Both the position numbers and the translations under genes were made by a program. From NCBI GenBank assembly GCA_001817115.1, contig MHHS01000032.1:11801-55948 (forward strand): a stretch of DNA of 44,148 nt, in the 5' to 3' direction. The stretch's first letter is position 1, and every line of letters begins with the position of its first letter. Under the pieces are notes generated by a model. The model saw only the letters and a program-made list of their open reading frames with translations. It ran no database searches and was not told the DNA's origin. Source of the DNA: Candidatus Andersenbacteria bacterium RIFCSPHIGHO2_12_FULL_45_11b. Its GTDB lineage: Bacteria > Patescibacteriota > Andersenbacteria > UBA10190. Of the stretch, positions 16,340 to 23,811 are shown piece by piece.

Positions 16340-18946
16340 TTATTTAATCCGCTCGTAAAACGTTATGGTATTAGATCCGTTAGAAATACCGTGGACGGAT
16401 TTCCAGTTCGCTTTGAGATCGTTATTGATATCGTCATATTCATTTAAGTATGAAAATTGAGTTTGCGCATCCAAAACAAACCAGTGCGAATCTTTAAAGG
16501 CCTGCACGAGGTTTTTCGTAGGCGGCAAAAACGTCTCGATGCGCGTTGGATTCGTCCGTGTAAATTCGTACGCATACCAGCGCGGATGAGAGATATTCAA
16601 AGCTGTTTGGTATCCGGCAAGGTATGGGATAAGCGTTGCGCCGGTAAATACTGATTCCCCGGTCGGAATATTTTGTTGCATCCATGCAGCAGCATCGTAT
16701 GCAGCCTGTTGCGAGAATGTTCCTGTGTGTTGAAATGAGTACGTAATAAAACTGGAAGCGGTTGCTGCCCATACGGAAATAATCAGGAATATCAAAAGCG
16801 ACGCGTATTTCAAAACGAGTGTTTTAGTGTGAAGGCTTCGCGCAATAAATGCTTCAAGCCCCACGCCAGCGATAATAGTAAGCGGCGGAATGAACTCGGA
16901 AATATAGTTTGCATGGAATTTGATCCACTTCGCGTAAAAGAACATCATGCTGCCAATCCATATGAGGCCGATGAGGCCACGCGTCCATGCGTTGCCTCTC
17001 CCTCCCCTCCCAGCCTCCCCTCGGGCAGGGGAGGAGTCGCGTTCTCTCCCCCTTACCAAGGGGGAATTGGAGGGGGTCAGATGCGGCAAGAAAATTGCTC
17101 CTACAAGCACCGCCCCAAACAGCCACCACAGTTCCGTAATCCCATATTTCATAAACTTTGCCCCTTCATATTGCGAGAAAAAATCCCAAGCCCACCAGAA
17201 GATGCTTAAAGGAATAAGCCATGCAAAGCGCGATAACCACGACCAGACCCCCTCGCGCTCCCCATTAGTAAGGGGGAGAAATAACGACTTAATCGCATCT
17301 TGCAAATAAAACCCAATACCCAGCATCGACAATAAAATTATCGGCAATGACTCTCTGAAAAATGGCGTCATGCCTTTGAGCGAATACTCACGTATCTGCT
17401 CAACTTGATCAGGATCGATGCTTGAAATGCCGTCCTCTGCGGAATTGATTCCAAGCGCTTCTGTAATACCTACGCCACCATATACGCTATATGCGTAGGT
17501 GAGAAACAAGGCGAGCACTCCCAAAAATCCTATTCCAACAAACACCGTATTTCTTAACCGTGCATTCCAGCTTTTCGATTGCGTAATGAGAAGTAGGATA
17601 ACCGTAAGCCCGAGCGCCAGCATGCTTTTGCGCGATGCTACGGCAAGTCCGATAATGCAACCGGCGAGGATGAGCCATTTTCGAGAAGCTTGCTTTTCTC
17701 GCAACGCATAAGCTAGTAATGCTATTCCAGACACGCCGAAGAACATGGCAACCGGTTGTGTGTGAACATATATCGTTGAAACAACTGCTGTCCCCATGCA
17801 TGCCCATAGCGCTGCAGAAATAAGCGCTGCTCGCGTTGTCCAAATACTTCTGACTAATAAAAATATTGGATACACGAGCGCAGAACCCGCGATAATAGAC
17901 GATAGGCGCCCTGCGAATGCGGTATGGCCAAGAATAGCTTCCCACAGCGCTATCCACGCAATCACGAGAGGCGCTTTCACATACCCGTCCCCTCCTGCAA
18001 AATGCCCGTGCAGTATCGACCATGCGTCATATAAATAATTTCCCTCATCGTCTGTAAATGGCAATGATAATGCGTAAAATATTCTTATAGTAACCGCGAT
18101 GATAGTCAGTACAAGAAGAATAATCCACGGCTTTATTTGTAATTTGCCAATATACCAGTCGCTGTCATCCCGGACTTGATCCGGGATCCACGTCGTCGAT
18201 TTTCTGGATTCCGGCTCGGAGGCCGGAATGACACGGCGAAATAATAACCAACATAAAAATATGCAGAAAATGCTCGGCAAAAATGCACCGGTCCATAGCG
18301 TGTACATGTGACGATTGTCTTGCCATGTATTTATAAACGTATGAATTGCGTTGCTGATGCTATGGTAGATGAATGTTCCTAGCGGCACCGAATATAGCGT
18401 TTGAAATGCAACGTCAATACTTTGCTTTCCAGATTTTTGAATAATGTCATCTGTAGCTGGCGCATTGTTAGATGCGCGGATGATATATGCCGTACCTTGT
18501 AAATATGTATCTTTATTATTCAAATCAATTGCAATCGCATTGCCTTTAACGCTTTCCGGAGAGTCAACCAAAAAGAAATATGTTTTCCCTTTGGAGTTTG
18601 CAATTGGAGGAAAAGAGAAGTTGTAAAATTGGTTATCACCGAACTTGCTTGCAGGAACAGATACTGTGCGAATATCGTTGCCCGATCGTACAGAATCTCG
18701 AAGATGTAATACAACAGGATGTGTATTATCGCGCCCGGAATATGTGGCAATCATTACTCCAATTCCAGCAAGGTCGTTCCGCTGTGCGACGATTGTTTGA
18801 CCAATAGATGAAGTACCGGTCAGTTCGCCGGAATTCAAGCTATGCTCTTCTTGCCTCTCTCCTACTTCCGGAACGTGAATAGCAACCAGCGCAATGGCAA
18901 TAATGAAAGCAACCCCAAAAGCAGTCTTTTTCCGCGATATTTGCAT
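16340..18946 (-). CDS. large membrane glycosyltransferase: N-terminal module fused to a GT39/ArnT-PMT-like polytopic domain
   Basis: 868 aa. From about residue 265 it shows the typical GT-C start (WIILLVLTIIAVTIRIFYALSLPFTDDEGNYLYDAW), followed by many TM helices and a C-terminal soluble domain. It contains three in-frame repeat insertions, listed as separate repeat features. Confidence 0.7.
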   Translation of the reverse strand: MQISRKKTAFGVAFIIAIALVAIHVPEVGERQEEHSLNSGELTGTSSIGQTIVAQRNDLAGIGVMIATYSGRDNTHPVVLHLRDSVRSGNDIRTVSVPASKFGDNQFYNFSFPPIANSKGKTYFFLVDSPESVKGNAIAIDLNNKDTYLQGTAYIIRASNNAPATDDIIQKSGKQSIDVAFQTLYSVPLGTFIYHSISNAIHTFINTWQDNRHMYTLWTGAFLPSIFCIFLCWLLFRRVIPASEPESRKSTTWIPDQVRDDSDWYIGKLQIKPWIILLVLTIIAVTIRIFYALSLPFTDDEGNYLYDAWSILHGHFAGGDGYVKAPLVIAWIALWEAILGHTAFAGRLSSIIAGSALVYPIFLLVRSIWTTRAALISAALWACMGTAVVSTIYVHTQPVAMFFGVSGIALLAYALREKQASRKWLILAGCIIGLAVASRKSMLALGLTVILLLITQSKSWNARLRNTVFVGIGFLGVLALFLTYAYSVYGGVGITEALGINSAEDGISSIDPDQVEQIREYSLKGMTPFFRESLPIILLSMLGIGFYLQDAIKSLFLPLTNGEREGVWSWLSRFAWLIPLSIFWWAWDFFSQYEGAKFMKYGITELWWLFGAVLVGAIFLPHLTPSNSPLVRGRERDSSPARGEAGRGGRGNAWTRGLIGLIWIGSMMFFYAKWIKFHANYISEFIPPLTIIAGVGLEAFIARSLHTKTLVLKYASLLIFLIISVWAATASSFITYSFQHTGTFSQQAAYDAAAWMQQNIPTGESVFTGATLIPYLAGYQTALNISHPRWYAYEFTRTNPTRIETFLPPTKNLVQAFKDSHWFVLDAQTQFSYLNEYDDINNDLKANWKSVHGISNGSNTITFYERIK
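16994..17078. repeat. family-B G/C-tract double-hairpin element (B1), inside the GT39 ORF
   Basis: Two hairpins are present: CCTCCCCtcgggcaGGGGAGG (17014-17034) and TCCCCCttaccaaGGGGGA (17047-17065). They are translated as PSNSPLVRGRERDSSPARGEAGRGGRGN. Confidence 0.7.
17248..17280. repeat. family-B single hairpin (B2), inside the GT39 ORF
   Basis: The hairpin CTCCCCattagtaaGGGGAG is translated as PLTNGEREGVW. Confidence 0.55.
18163..18233. repeat. family-A palindromic element (A2), inside the GT39 ORF
   Basis: Sequence: TGTCATCCCGGacttgatCCGGGATCCACGTCGTCGATTTTCTGGATTCCGGctcggagGCCGGAATGACA. It is translated as VIPASEPESRKSTTWIPDQVRDDS. Confidence 0.85.
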
Positions 18947-18975
18947 GGGTTTAGTATAACGGCAGGTTAGTAAGT

Positions 18976-19110
18976 TGTCATTGCGCGTCGCTTCCCCTCT
19001 CCTGTTCTGGGAGAGGGCGGGGGGGAGGGGCGTTCGGCGGTGTCATCCTGAACTTGATTCAGGATCCAGAAAATGGTGCCGTGGATCACAGCTCACGGGC
19101 CGGGATGACA
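18976..19110. repeat. composite intergenic repeat cluster (families C + B + A)
   Basis: Three pieces abut: TGTCATTGCGCGTCGC (C), CCCTCTCCtgttctgGGAGAGGG plus a G-tract (B3), and TGTCATCCTGaacttgattCAGGATCCAG...GGGCCGGGATGACA (A3, 19041-19110). The cluster lies between the rpsI stop and the GT39 start. Confidence 0.8.
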
Positions 19111-19115
19111 CTGTA

Positions 19116-19508
19116 TTATCGCTTGCTGAACTGCGGCGCCCTTCGAGCTCCTTTGAGGCCGGGCTTTTTTCGTTCTTTTGTTCGAGAATCTCGCGACAAA
19201 AGCCCTGCTTGCTTGAGCTGTTTGCGAAACCCTTCATCGATTCCAATCAATGCACGCGCAATGCCAAGCGAAATTGCTTCTGCCTGTGCGTTTTTGCCGC
19301 TTCCGCTCACTTTTATTTTTAGTCCGTATTCGGAATCTTGGCTAGCAAGCTTCAGTGCGCGCAAGGCGGTATTTTGCAATACTTCCGTTGATAAATATTG
19401 CTCAAACGGAATATCATTAATTGTTCGAGAATCTTTTTCTTCGGTAAGAAGAACTTTTGCAACTGCAGTTTTTCTTCGGCCTAATCCGTGATGAAGTGGT
19501 GATGTCAT
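19116..19508 (-). CDS. rpsI: 30S ribosomal protein S9
   Basis: 130 aa with the canonical C-terminus: GLLSRDSRTKERKKPGLKGARRAPQFSKR. Confidence 0.95.
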   Translation of the reverse strand: MTSPLHHGLGRRKTAVAKVLLTEEKDSRTINDIPFEQYLSTEVLQNTALRALKLASQDSEYGLKIKVSGSGKNAQAEAISLGIARALIGIDEGFRKQLKQAGLLSRDSRTKERKKPGLKGARRAPQFSKR

Positions 19509-19921
19509 AATGCTGGTGTGTTGATTTGAGCCATATGAGGATGCTCAGCCCCTGGATAAATATATAAATTATGAAGTCGATCGTCTCGCAGGTTATTCTT
19601 CGGCAGCATTCCGGAAACAGATTGTCGGATTACAAACGTGCAGTCGCGCTCCATTTGCTCATTCATCGTGCGCTCGCGGAGCCCTCCGGGATATCCGGAA
19701 TATTTGCGATACATTTTCTGCTCTTTCTTTTTGCCTGTTACTACTAACGACTCCGCATTGATAACCACAACACGCACCGGAGCAACAGTATGCTTTGCAG
19801 AACCAGTTAAATGCTTGCCAAGCAAAAGCGATGCAATTTCCGTGGACATTCGCCCAAGCGTGGTGCTCTTCGCATCAAATAAATGCCATTCTGCTTTTGG
19901 TAGTATTGTTTCTTTTTTCAT
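19505..19921 (-). CDS. rplM: 50S ribosomal protein L13
   Basis: 138 aa. The sequence WHLFDAKSTTLGRMSTEIASLLLGKH...YRKYSGYPGG is typical of L13. ATGA overlaps occur with both neighbours. Confidence 0.95.
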   Translation of the reverse strand: MKKETILPKAEWHLFDAKSTTLGRMSTEIASLLLGKHLTGSAKHTVAPVRVVVINAESLVVTGKKKEQKMYRKYSGYPGGLRERTMNEQMERDCTFVIRQSVSGMLPKNNLRDDRLHNLYIYPGAEHPHMAQINTPAL

Positions 19922-20268
19922 AGAATTTCAACGTGAGCCATATGCGCAGCATCGGATCGGGTTACTGGGAGTTTTGTGATTCGCAAGTATCCGCCTGGGC
20001 GTTTTTTGTTTTTCTTTGCAACTTCGAGCAATTGAGGCAGCTCCGCCTTATCTGCAAGCTTTGCAATCAGCATCCTTCGGTTTGTAAGCGTAAGTTCTGC
20101 TTTTGCGCGAGTTACAAGCGGTTCGAAATGGCGGCGAAGCTCTTTTGCCTTCGCTTCGCTCGTATTAATTGCCCCGTGCTCTAAAAGAGAGCTGGTTAAA
20201 AGGCGCATCAAATGCAGCCGCTCGTCAGCGGATCGCCCTAGGATTCTGTTGGAGACCTTTTTACGCAT
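19918..20268 (-). CDS. rplQ: 50S ribosomal protein L17
   Basis: I take the start at ATG 20268 (MRKKVSNRILGRSADERLHLMR), just after the rpoA TAA; the track ORF is over-extended into rpoA. Confidence 0.9.
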   Translation of the reverse strand: MRKKVSNRILGRSADERLHLMRLLTSSLLEHGAINTSEAKAKELRRHFEPLVTRAKAELTLTNRRMLIAKLADKAELPQLLEVAKKNKKRPGGYLRITKLPVTRSDAAHMAHVEIL

Positions 20269-21232
20269 GGGGTGTATCTTGCTCTTCCTTTGATTTTTTT
20301 GCAAACTCGTCTCGTGCAGCAGCTACGTCTTGCACTGCCTTTGCTCCCAAGCCTGGGATGTCGCTGATTTGCTCGTCAGTTAAGTCGAGAACCTGCTCAA
20401 CGGTCATAATTCCAACGCGTTCTAATGCGTTATGCACTCTTGATGGAAGCTGGAGCAAGTTCAACGTGTTCTCTGGCATACTTGGCTCTTCAATTACTTC
20501 TTCCTCGATAACTGCTACGGGCCGGTTTGCGGTAAGAAGATCAGCAAAATCTCCTGCAAGCTGGGTGAAGTGGTCGCGCAAAATAGAAGATGCCTGTTGC
20601 AATGCATCTTTAGGTGTAATGCTTCCGTTTGTTGCAATTTGCATAATAAGGCTATGGTAATCTGTTGCTTGCCCTACGCGAACATTTTCAACAGAGAAGC
20701 TTACGCGTTCAACGGGAGTAAAGGTTGCATCTAGCGCAATTGTCCCAATAGCGCGGAGTTTGGCATCTTGTGTTTCGGAAGGAACGTATCCTCGTCCTCG
20801 TTCGATAGTACATGTCATTTCCAGGGTCGCGTCTTTTTCTGTGATGTGAGCCACTACGTGGTCTGGGTTGATAATCTTTACTTCAGGCGGAACGGAGAAA
20901 TCTCCTGCAGTTACTGCGCCAACGCCCTTTTTCTCCAATTTAATTTCAATAGGATCGTCGCTAGTGGAAGATACGCGGATCCCTTTGATGTTCAGCATAA
21001 TAGAAACAATGTCCTCCTGGATTCCCGGAAGCGCAGAAAATTCATGATCGATTTTTTCGATCTTCATTTGGGTAATCGCCGCTCCTGGCAATGAAGATAA
21101 CAGCACTCGTCGAAGCGCGTTGCCTACCGTGGGGCCGTATCCGGGATGGTATGGCTTAATGGTGAACGTAGCGGTGTTTGGAGTATCCTCCTTGATGTCT
21201 ACTTCTCCTGGTAAATATATTTCTTGCAACAT
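20261..21232 (-). CDS. rpoA: DNA-directed RNA polymerase alpha subunit
   Basis: 323 aa. It has an N-terminal dimerisation/assembly domain (GYGPTVGNALRRVLLSSLPGAAIT) and a C-terminal HhH domain (LPSRVHNALERVGIMTVEQVL). Confidence 0.97.
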   Translation of the reverse strand: MLQEIYLPGEVDIKEDTPNTATFTIKPYHPGYGPTVGNALRRVLLSSLPGAAITQMKIEKIDHEFSALPGIQEDIVSIMLNIKGIRVSSTSDDPIEIKLEKKGVGAVTAGDFSVPPEVKIINPDHVVAHITEKDATLEMTCTIERGRGYVPSETQDAKLRAIGTIALDATFTPVERVSFSVENVRVGQATDYHSLIMQIATNGSITPKDALQQASSILRDHFTQLAGDFADLLTANRPVAVIEEEVIEEPSMPENTLNLLQLPSRVHNALERVGIMTVEQVLDLTDEQISDIPGLGAKAVQDVAAARDEFAKKSKEEQDTPHA

Positions 21233-21264
21233 AGTAATAAAATTATGAAATGAATGGGTTTATG

Positions 21265-21867
21265 TTAGTGCGCAAAGAATTCTAGAACCGCTCGAATATC
21301 TACTCCTACGTTCGCTTCTTCATACGCCGGGAGCGATTGAACTTTGAAGCTGAACTCTTCTGGATTAATCAGAATCCACGACGGAGTAGATGCGTTCTGC
21401 ATGCGCTTTTCAAAAGAAGAGAAGTATGATTTGTTCCGCTTGCTTTCTCGCACAGATACTACGTCCCCCGTTTTTAATTCGTAGGAAGGAACATCTACCG
21501 CTCGTCCGTTTACTGCAAATAATCGATGGGTTGCCATTTGGCGTGCTTGCGGCCGCGTTTGTGCAAATCCTGCTCTGAAGATTGCGTTATCAAGCCGTCG
21601 TTCTAAAAGAGAAATAAGCATGGGGCCTGTCTGTCCTCGTGTTTTTAGCGCTTGTGCGTAATACTTTCTCAATTGGCCGTCTCGAATCCCGAATAGTTCT
21701 TTTAAATTCTGCTTTTCAGAAAGTTGCTGGCCATAGCGGCTCTTTTGGCGGGGGCGTCGGCCTTGCTGGCGCTGCCCGCCCTGTCCTGGGCGGTTTGCGG
21801 TGCGAGGGTCGGCAGTTGGTGCAGCTTTTGCTGGTGCCGGTGCTTGTGTTGTTGGTGCTGGTGACAT
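21265..21867 (-). CDS. rpsD: 30S ribosomal protein S4 with an atypical Ala/Pro/Gln-rich N-terminus
   Basis: 200 aa. The S4 core is present (YGQQLSEKQNLKELFGIRDGQLRKYY, LERRLDNAIFRAGFAQTRPQARQMATHRLFAVNGRAVDVPSY). The first ~40 residues are low-complexity: MSPAPTTQAPAPAKAAPTADPRTANRPGQGGQRQQG. Confidence 0.9.
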   Translation of the reverse strand: MSPAPTTQAPAPAKAAPTADPRTANRPGQGGQRQQGRRPRQKSRYGQQLSEKQNLKELFGIRDGQLRKYYAQALKTRGQTGPMLISLLERRLDNAIFRAGFAQTRPQARQMATHRLFAVNGRAVDVPSYELKTGDVVSVRESKRNKSYFSSFEKRMQNASTPSWILINPEEFSFKVQSLPAYEEANVGVDIRAVLEFFAH

Positions 21868-21877
21868 ATGTAGAAAA

Positions 21878-22285
21878 TTAAATCCTTCTGCGACGAGGAG
21901 GTCGTACTCCGTTATGAGGAATGGGCGTCATGTCGCGGATTGCAGTAATGTTTACTCCTGCAGCACTCACGCCGCGGACAGCAGCATCGCGCGCGCTCCC
22001 AACTCCTTTTACGATGATGCTCGCTTCTTCTAACCCGAATTGCTTTACCTGCTCCATAAGGCTTGTTACTGCCTGTGTTGCTGCGTATGGAGTTGATTTT
22101 CGTGTTCCGGAAAATCCAACGCGGCCAGAGCTGGATGATGCGATAACGTTCCCTTGCTGATCGGTAATTGTAATTAAGGTGTTGTTGAACGTAGCTTTAA
22201 TATGAACAACGCCTGCTTTTACTTTGCGTCGAGCCTTCGATTTCTTAGCTTTGGTTGCCTTCTGTTTTGTTGCTGGTTTTGCCAT
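21878..22285 (-). CDS. rpsK: 30S ribosomal protein S11
   Basis: 135 aa. Typical S11 sequence: GVVHIKATFNNTLITITDQQGNVIASSSSG...GVRPPRRRRI. Confidence 0.95.
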   Translation of the reverse strand: MAKPATKQKATKAKKSKARRKVKAGVVHIKATFNNTLITITDQQGNVIASSSSGRVGFSGTRKSTPYAATQAVTSLMEQVKQFGLEEASIIVKGVGSARDAAVRGVSAAGVNITAIRDMTPIPHNGVRPPRRRRI

Positions 22286-22294
22286 AGGAAAATA

Positions 22295-22687
22295 TTATGT
22301 CTTTTCGTTGCTAGATTTTCGACCGCTTCCTGCAGTTTTGCGTACGTTTCCTCGAACGGTTCGAGAATTCGTTTTTGTCCGCTGTCCTCGAACGGGCAGA
22401 TGCTTTGCATGCCGAACGCCTCGGTATGAACCGATATCTCGGTGGCGTTTGATATTCATTGCGATTTCGCGGCGCAGTTCTCCTTCTACGCGCATGTTCT
22501 TTTCAATATGTTCGCGAAGCGCTTGCTCTTCTTTTTCTGTAAGTTCCCGAGTCGGAACGGAGGGGTCAATTCCGAGTTCCTGCAAAATCTTTGCCGCCAT
22601 TGGCCGACCAATCCCATAGATATCTGTGAGGGCAAATAAAATATGTTTTTTGTCTTGGAGGGTTACTCCGGAAATTCGCATAGCCAT
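22295..22687 (-). CDS. rpsM: 30S ribosomal protein S13
   Basis: 130 aa. Typical S13 sequence: MRISGVTL...ALTDIYGIGRPMAAKILQELGI...YRGVRHAKHLPVRGQRTKTNSRT. Confidence 0.95.
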   Translation of the reverse strand: MAMRISGVTLQDKKHILFALTDIYGIGRPMAAKILQELGIDPSVPTRELTEKEEQALREHIEKNMRVEGELRREIAMNIKRHRDIGSYRGVRHAKHLPVRGQRTKTNSRTVRGNVRKTAGSGRKSSNEKT

Positions 22688-22690
22688 AGG

Positions 22691-22804
22691 TTATAGTTGA
22701 CGCTGCTTATGTTTCGGATTTTCGCAAATCACAACCACCTTGCCTTTTCGGCGCGTTGTTTTGCACTTTGCACACATTTTTTTTACTGATGCTCGTACTT
22801 TCAT
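22691..22804 (-). CDS. rpmJ: 50S ribosomal protein L36
   Basis: Not in the ORF track because it is too short. My manual translation is [37 protein letters not shown] (37 aa, CxxC...C..H zinc ribbon). Confidence 0.9.
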   Translation of the reverse strand: MKVRASVKKMCAKCKTTRRKGKVVVICENPKHKQRQL

Positions 22805-22826
22805 GGTGTTATTTATATATTTTAAA

Positions 22827-23045
22827 TTACTGCAGGCGAAGAATAATTCGTCCTTTAGTGAGGTCGTATGCGGACATTGCTACCCGTACCCGATCCCCTG
22901 GCATTACGCGGATTCTATGAATGCGCATTTTGCCGGAAAGGTGGCCAATAATGGTTTGGCCGGTGTCTAATTGTACTTTGAATTGGGTATTTGGGAGGGT
23001 TTCCTCAATCTCCCCGTCTACCTCAACGGTATCTTGCTTTGACAG
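22827..23045 (-). CDS. infA: translation initiation factor IF-1, apparently starting at CTG
   Basis: Not in the ORF track. My manual translation is (CTG)[71 protein letters not shown], 72 codons. It is collinear with E. coli IF-1 ([20 protein letters not shown]...). There is no ATG, GTG, TTG or ATN in frame between the upstream TAG and the conserved SKQD. Confidence 0.85.
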   Translation of the reverse strand: MSKQDTVEVDGEIEETLPNTQFKVQLDTGQTIIGHLSGKMRIHRIRVMPGDRVRVAMSAYDLTKGRIILRLQ

Positions 23046-23133
23046 ATGAAAAAGCTTAGTGAATAAAACACCTGCATTCTACTACTTTGGTCGCTAATCA
23101 GCCCGAAGTCTTGAGAAAGCGCAGATGAAGAGT

Positions 23134-23162
23134 ATTGTAAACAATCATGAATATCCTGTCAA
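23134..23162 (-). promoter_or_regulatory. near-consensus sigma-70-type promoter for the infA-rpmJ-rpsM... operon
   Basis: The minus strand has TTGACA (23162..23157), a 17-nt spacer, and TACAAT (23139..23134). It sits directly after a terminator and about 90 nt upstream of infA. Confidence 0.55.
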
Positions 23163-23179
23163 ACCCGCTTTTTAGGGTA

Positions 23180-23214
23180 AGAAAAATGCCCGGGGAGAAA
23201 GTTCTCCGCGGGCG
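23180..23214 (-). terminator. rho-independent terminator after the 169-aa orphan gene
   Basis: The minus strand reads GCCCGCGGAGAActtTCTCCCCGGGC (about 11 bp, one mismatch) followed by ATTTTTCTT. It begins 9 nt after the TGA at 23224-23226. Confidence 0.65.
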
Positions 23215-23223
23215 TGTGGATGC

Positions 23224-23733
23224 TCAAAGTGAGCTTGCCGGCAATTTCCACAAAAACTGGTTTAGTTTGTTTCGGACAGTTTTCAGGTCGTATGTATACG
23301 AATACAGCCATAATCCGCGTTCGTTACATTCAACGCTCAATAGATGAGATTGATTGTCATTTTTTAGGACGGGATTCATAGCAACAATAAAGCGCTCACC
23401 CATTGGCTGATCTGTATATTCCAGACGGAATTGCAGCACTTCTTCTAATGAACAGTATTCAAGACGCGCAATACCATGGCCCATTGCGAGGGTGGTCTGC
23501 AATGTATAGCAGCTTGGGCAATCGAGATCGGCGTTAGATGCTGCGATTAACGATGTTTGCACGGCACGATCTACTGCGGGAAGAGAGATGTCTTCTAGGA
23601 GTGTTCGCACTATTTTTCCGATACGGATTCCTTGTTTTTCAAATGCTCGAACATAATATGTGCCAGATCGTTCTTTTTTTCGGGTGCGTATTACTATTGT
23701 TCGCACAACATTCGACCGCCAATCGGTTATCAT
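23224..23733 (-). CDS. hypothetical protein (orphan)
   Basis: I take the start at ATG 23733 (MITDWRSNVV..) because it is preceded by AAGGAG with 6-nt spacing; the track ORF starts 8 codons earlier without an SD. I recognise no domain. Confidence 0.5.
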   Translation of the reverse strand: MITDWRSNVVRTIVIRTRKKERSGTYYVRAFEKQGIRIGKIVRTLLEDISLPAVDRAVQTSLIAASNADLDCPSCYTLQTTLAMGHGIARLEYCSLEEVLQFRLEYTDQPMGERFIVAMNPVLKNDNQSHLLSVECNERGLWLYSYTYDLKTVRNKLNQFLWKLPASSL

Positions 23734-23811
23734 TACTCGCTCCTTGTAAAAGGGCATTCAAAACATGGGAAGTATTATGTATACACCCATCCTATATGCA
23801 TGTCTAACTAT

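Noticed and set aside
16994-19110. Possibility that the recurring hairpin repeats are a CRISPR array
   Set aside because: The copies are dispersed over 34 kb, are not regularly spaced, differ in sequence and length, have no unique-spacer organisation, and have no cas genes nearby. They behave like REP/MITE/RPE-type elements.
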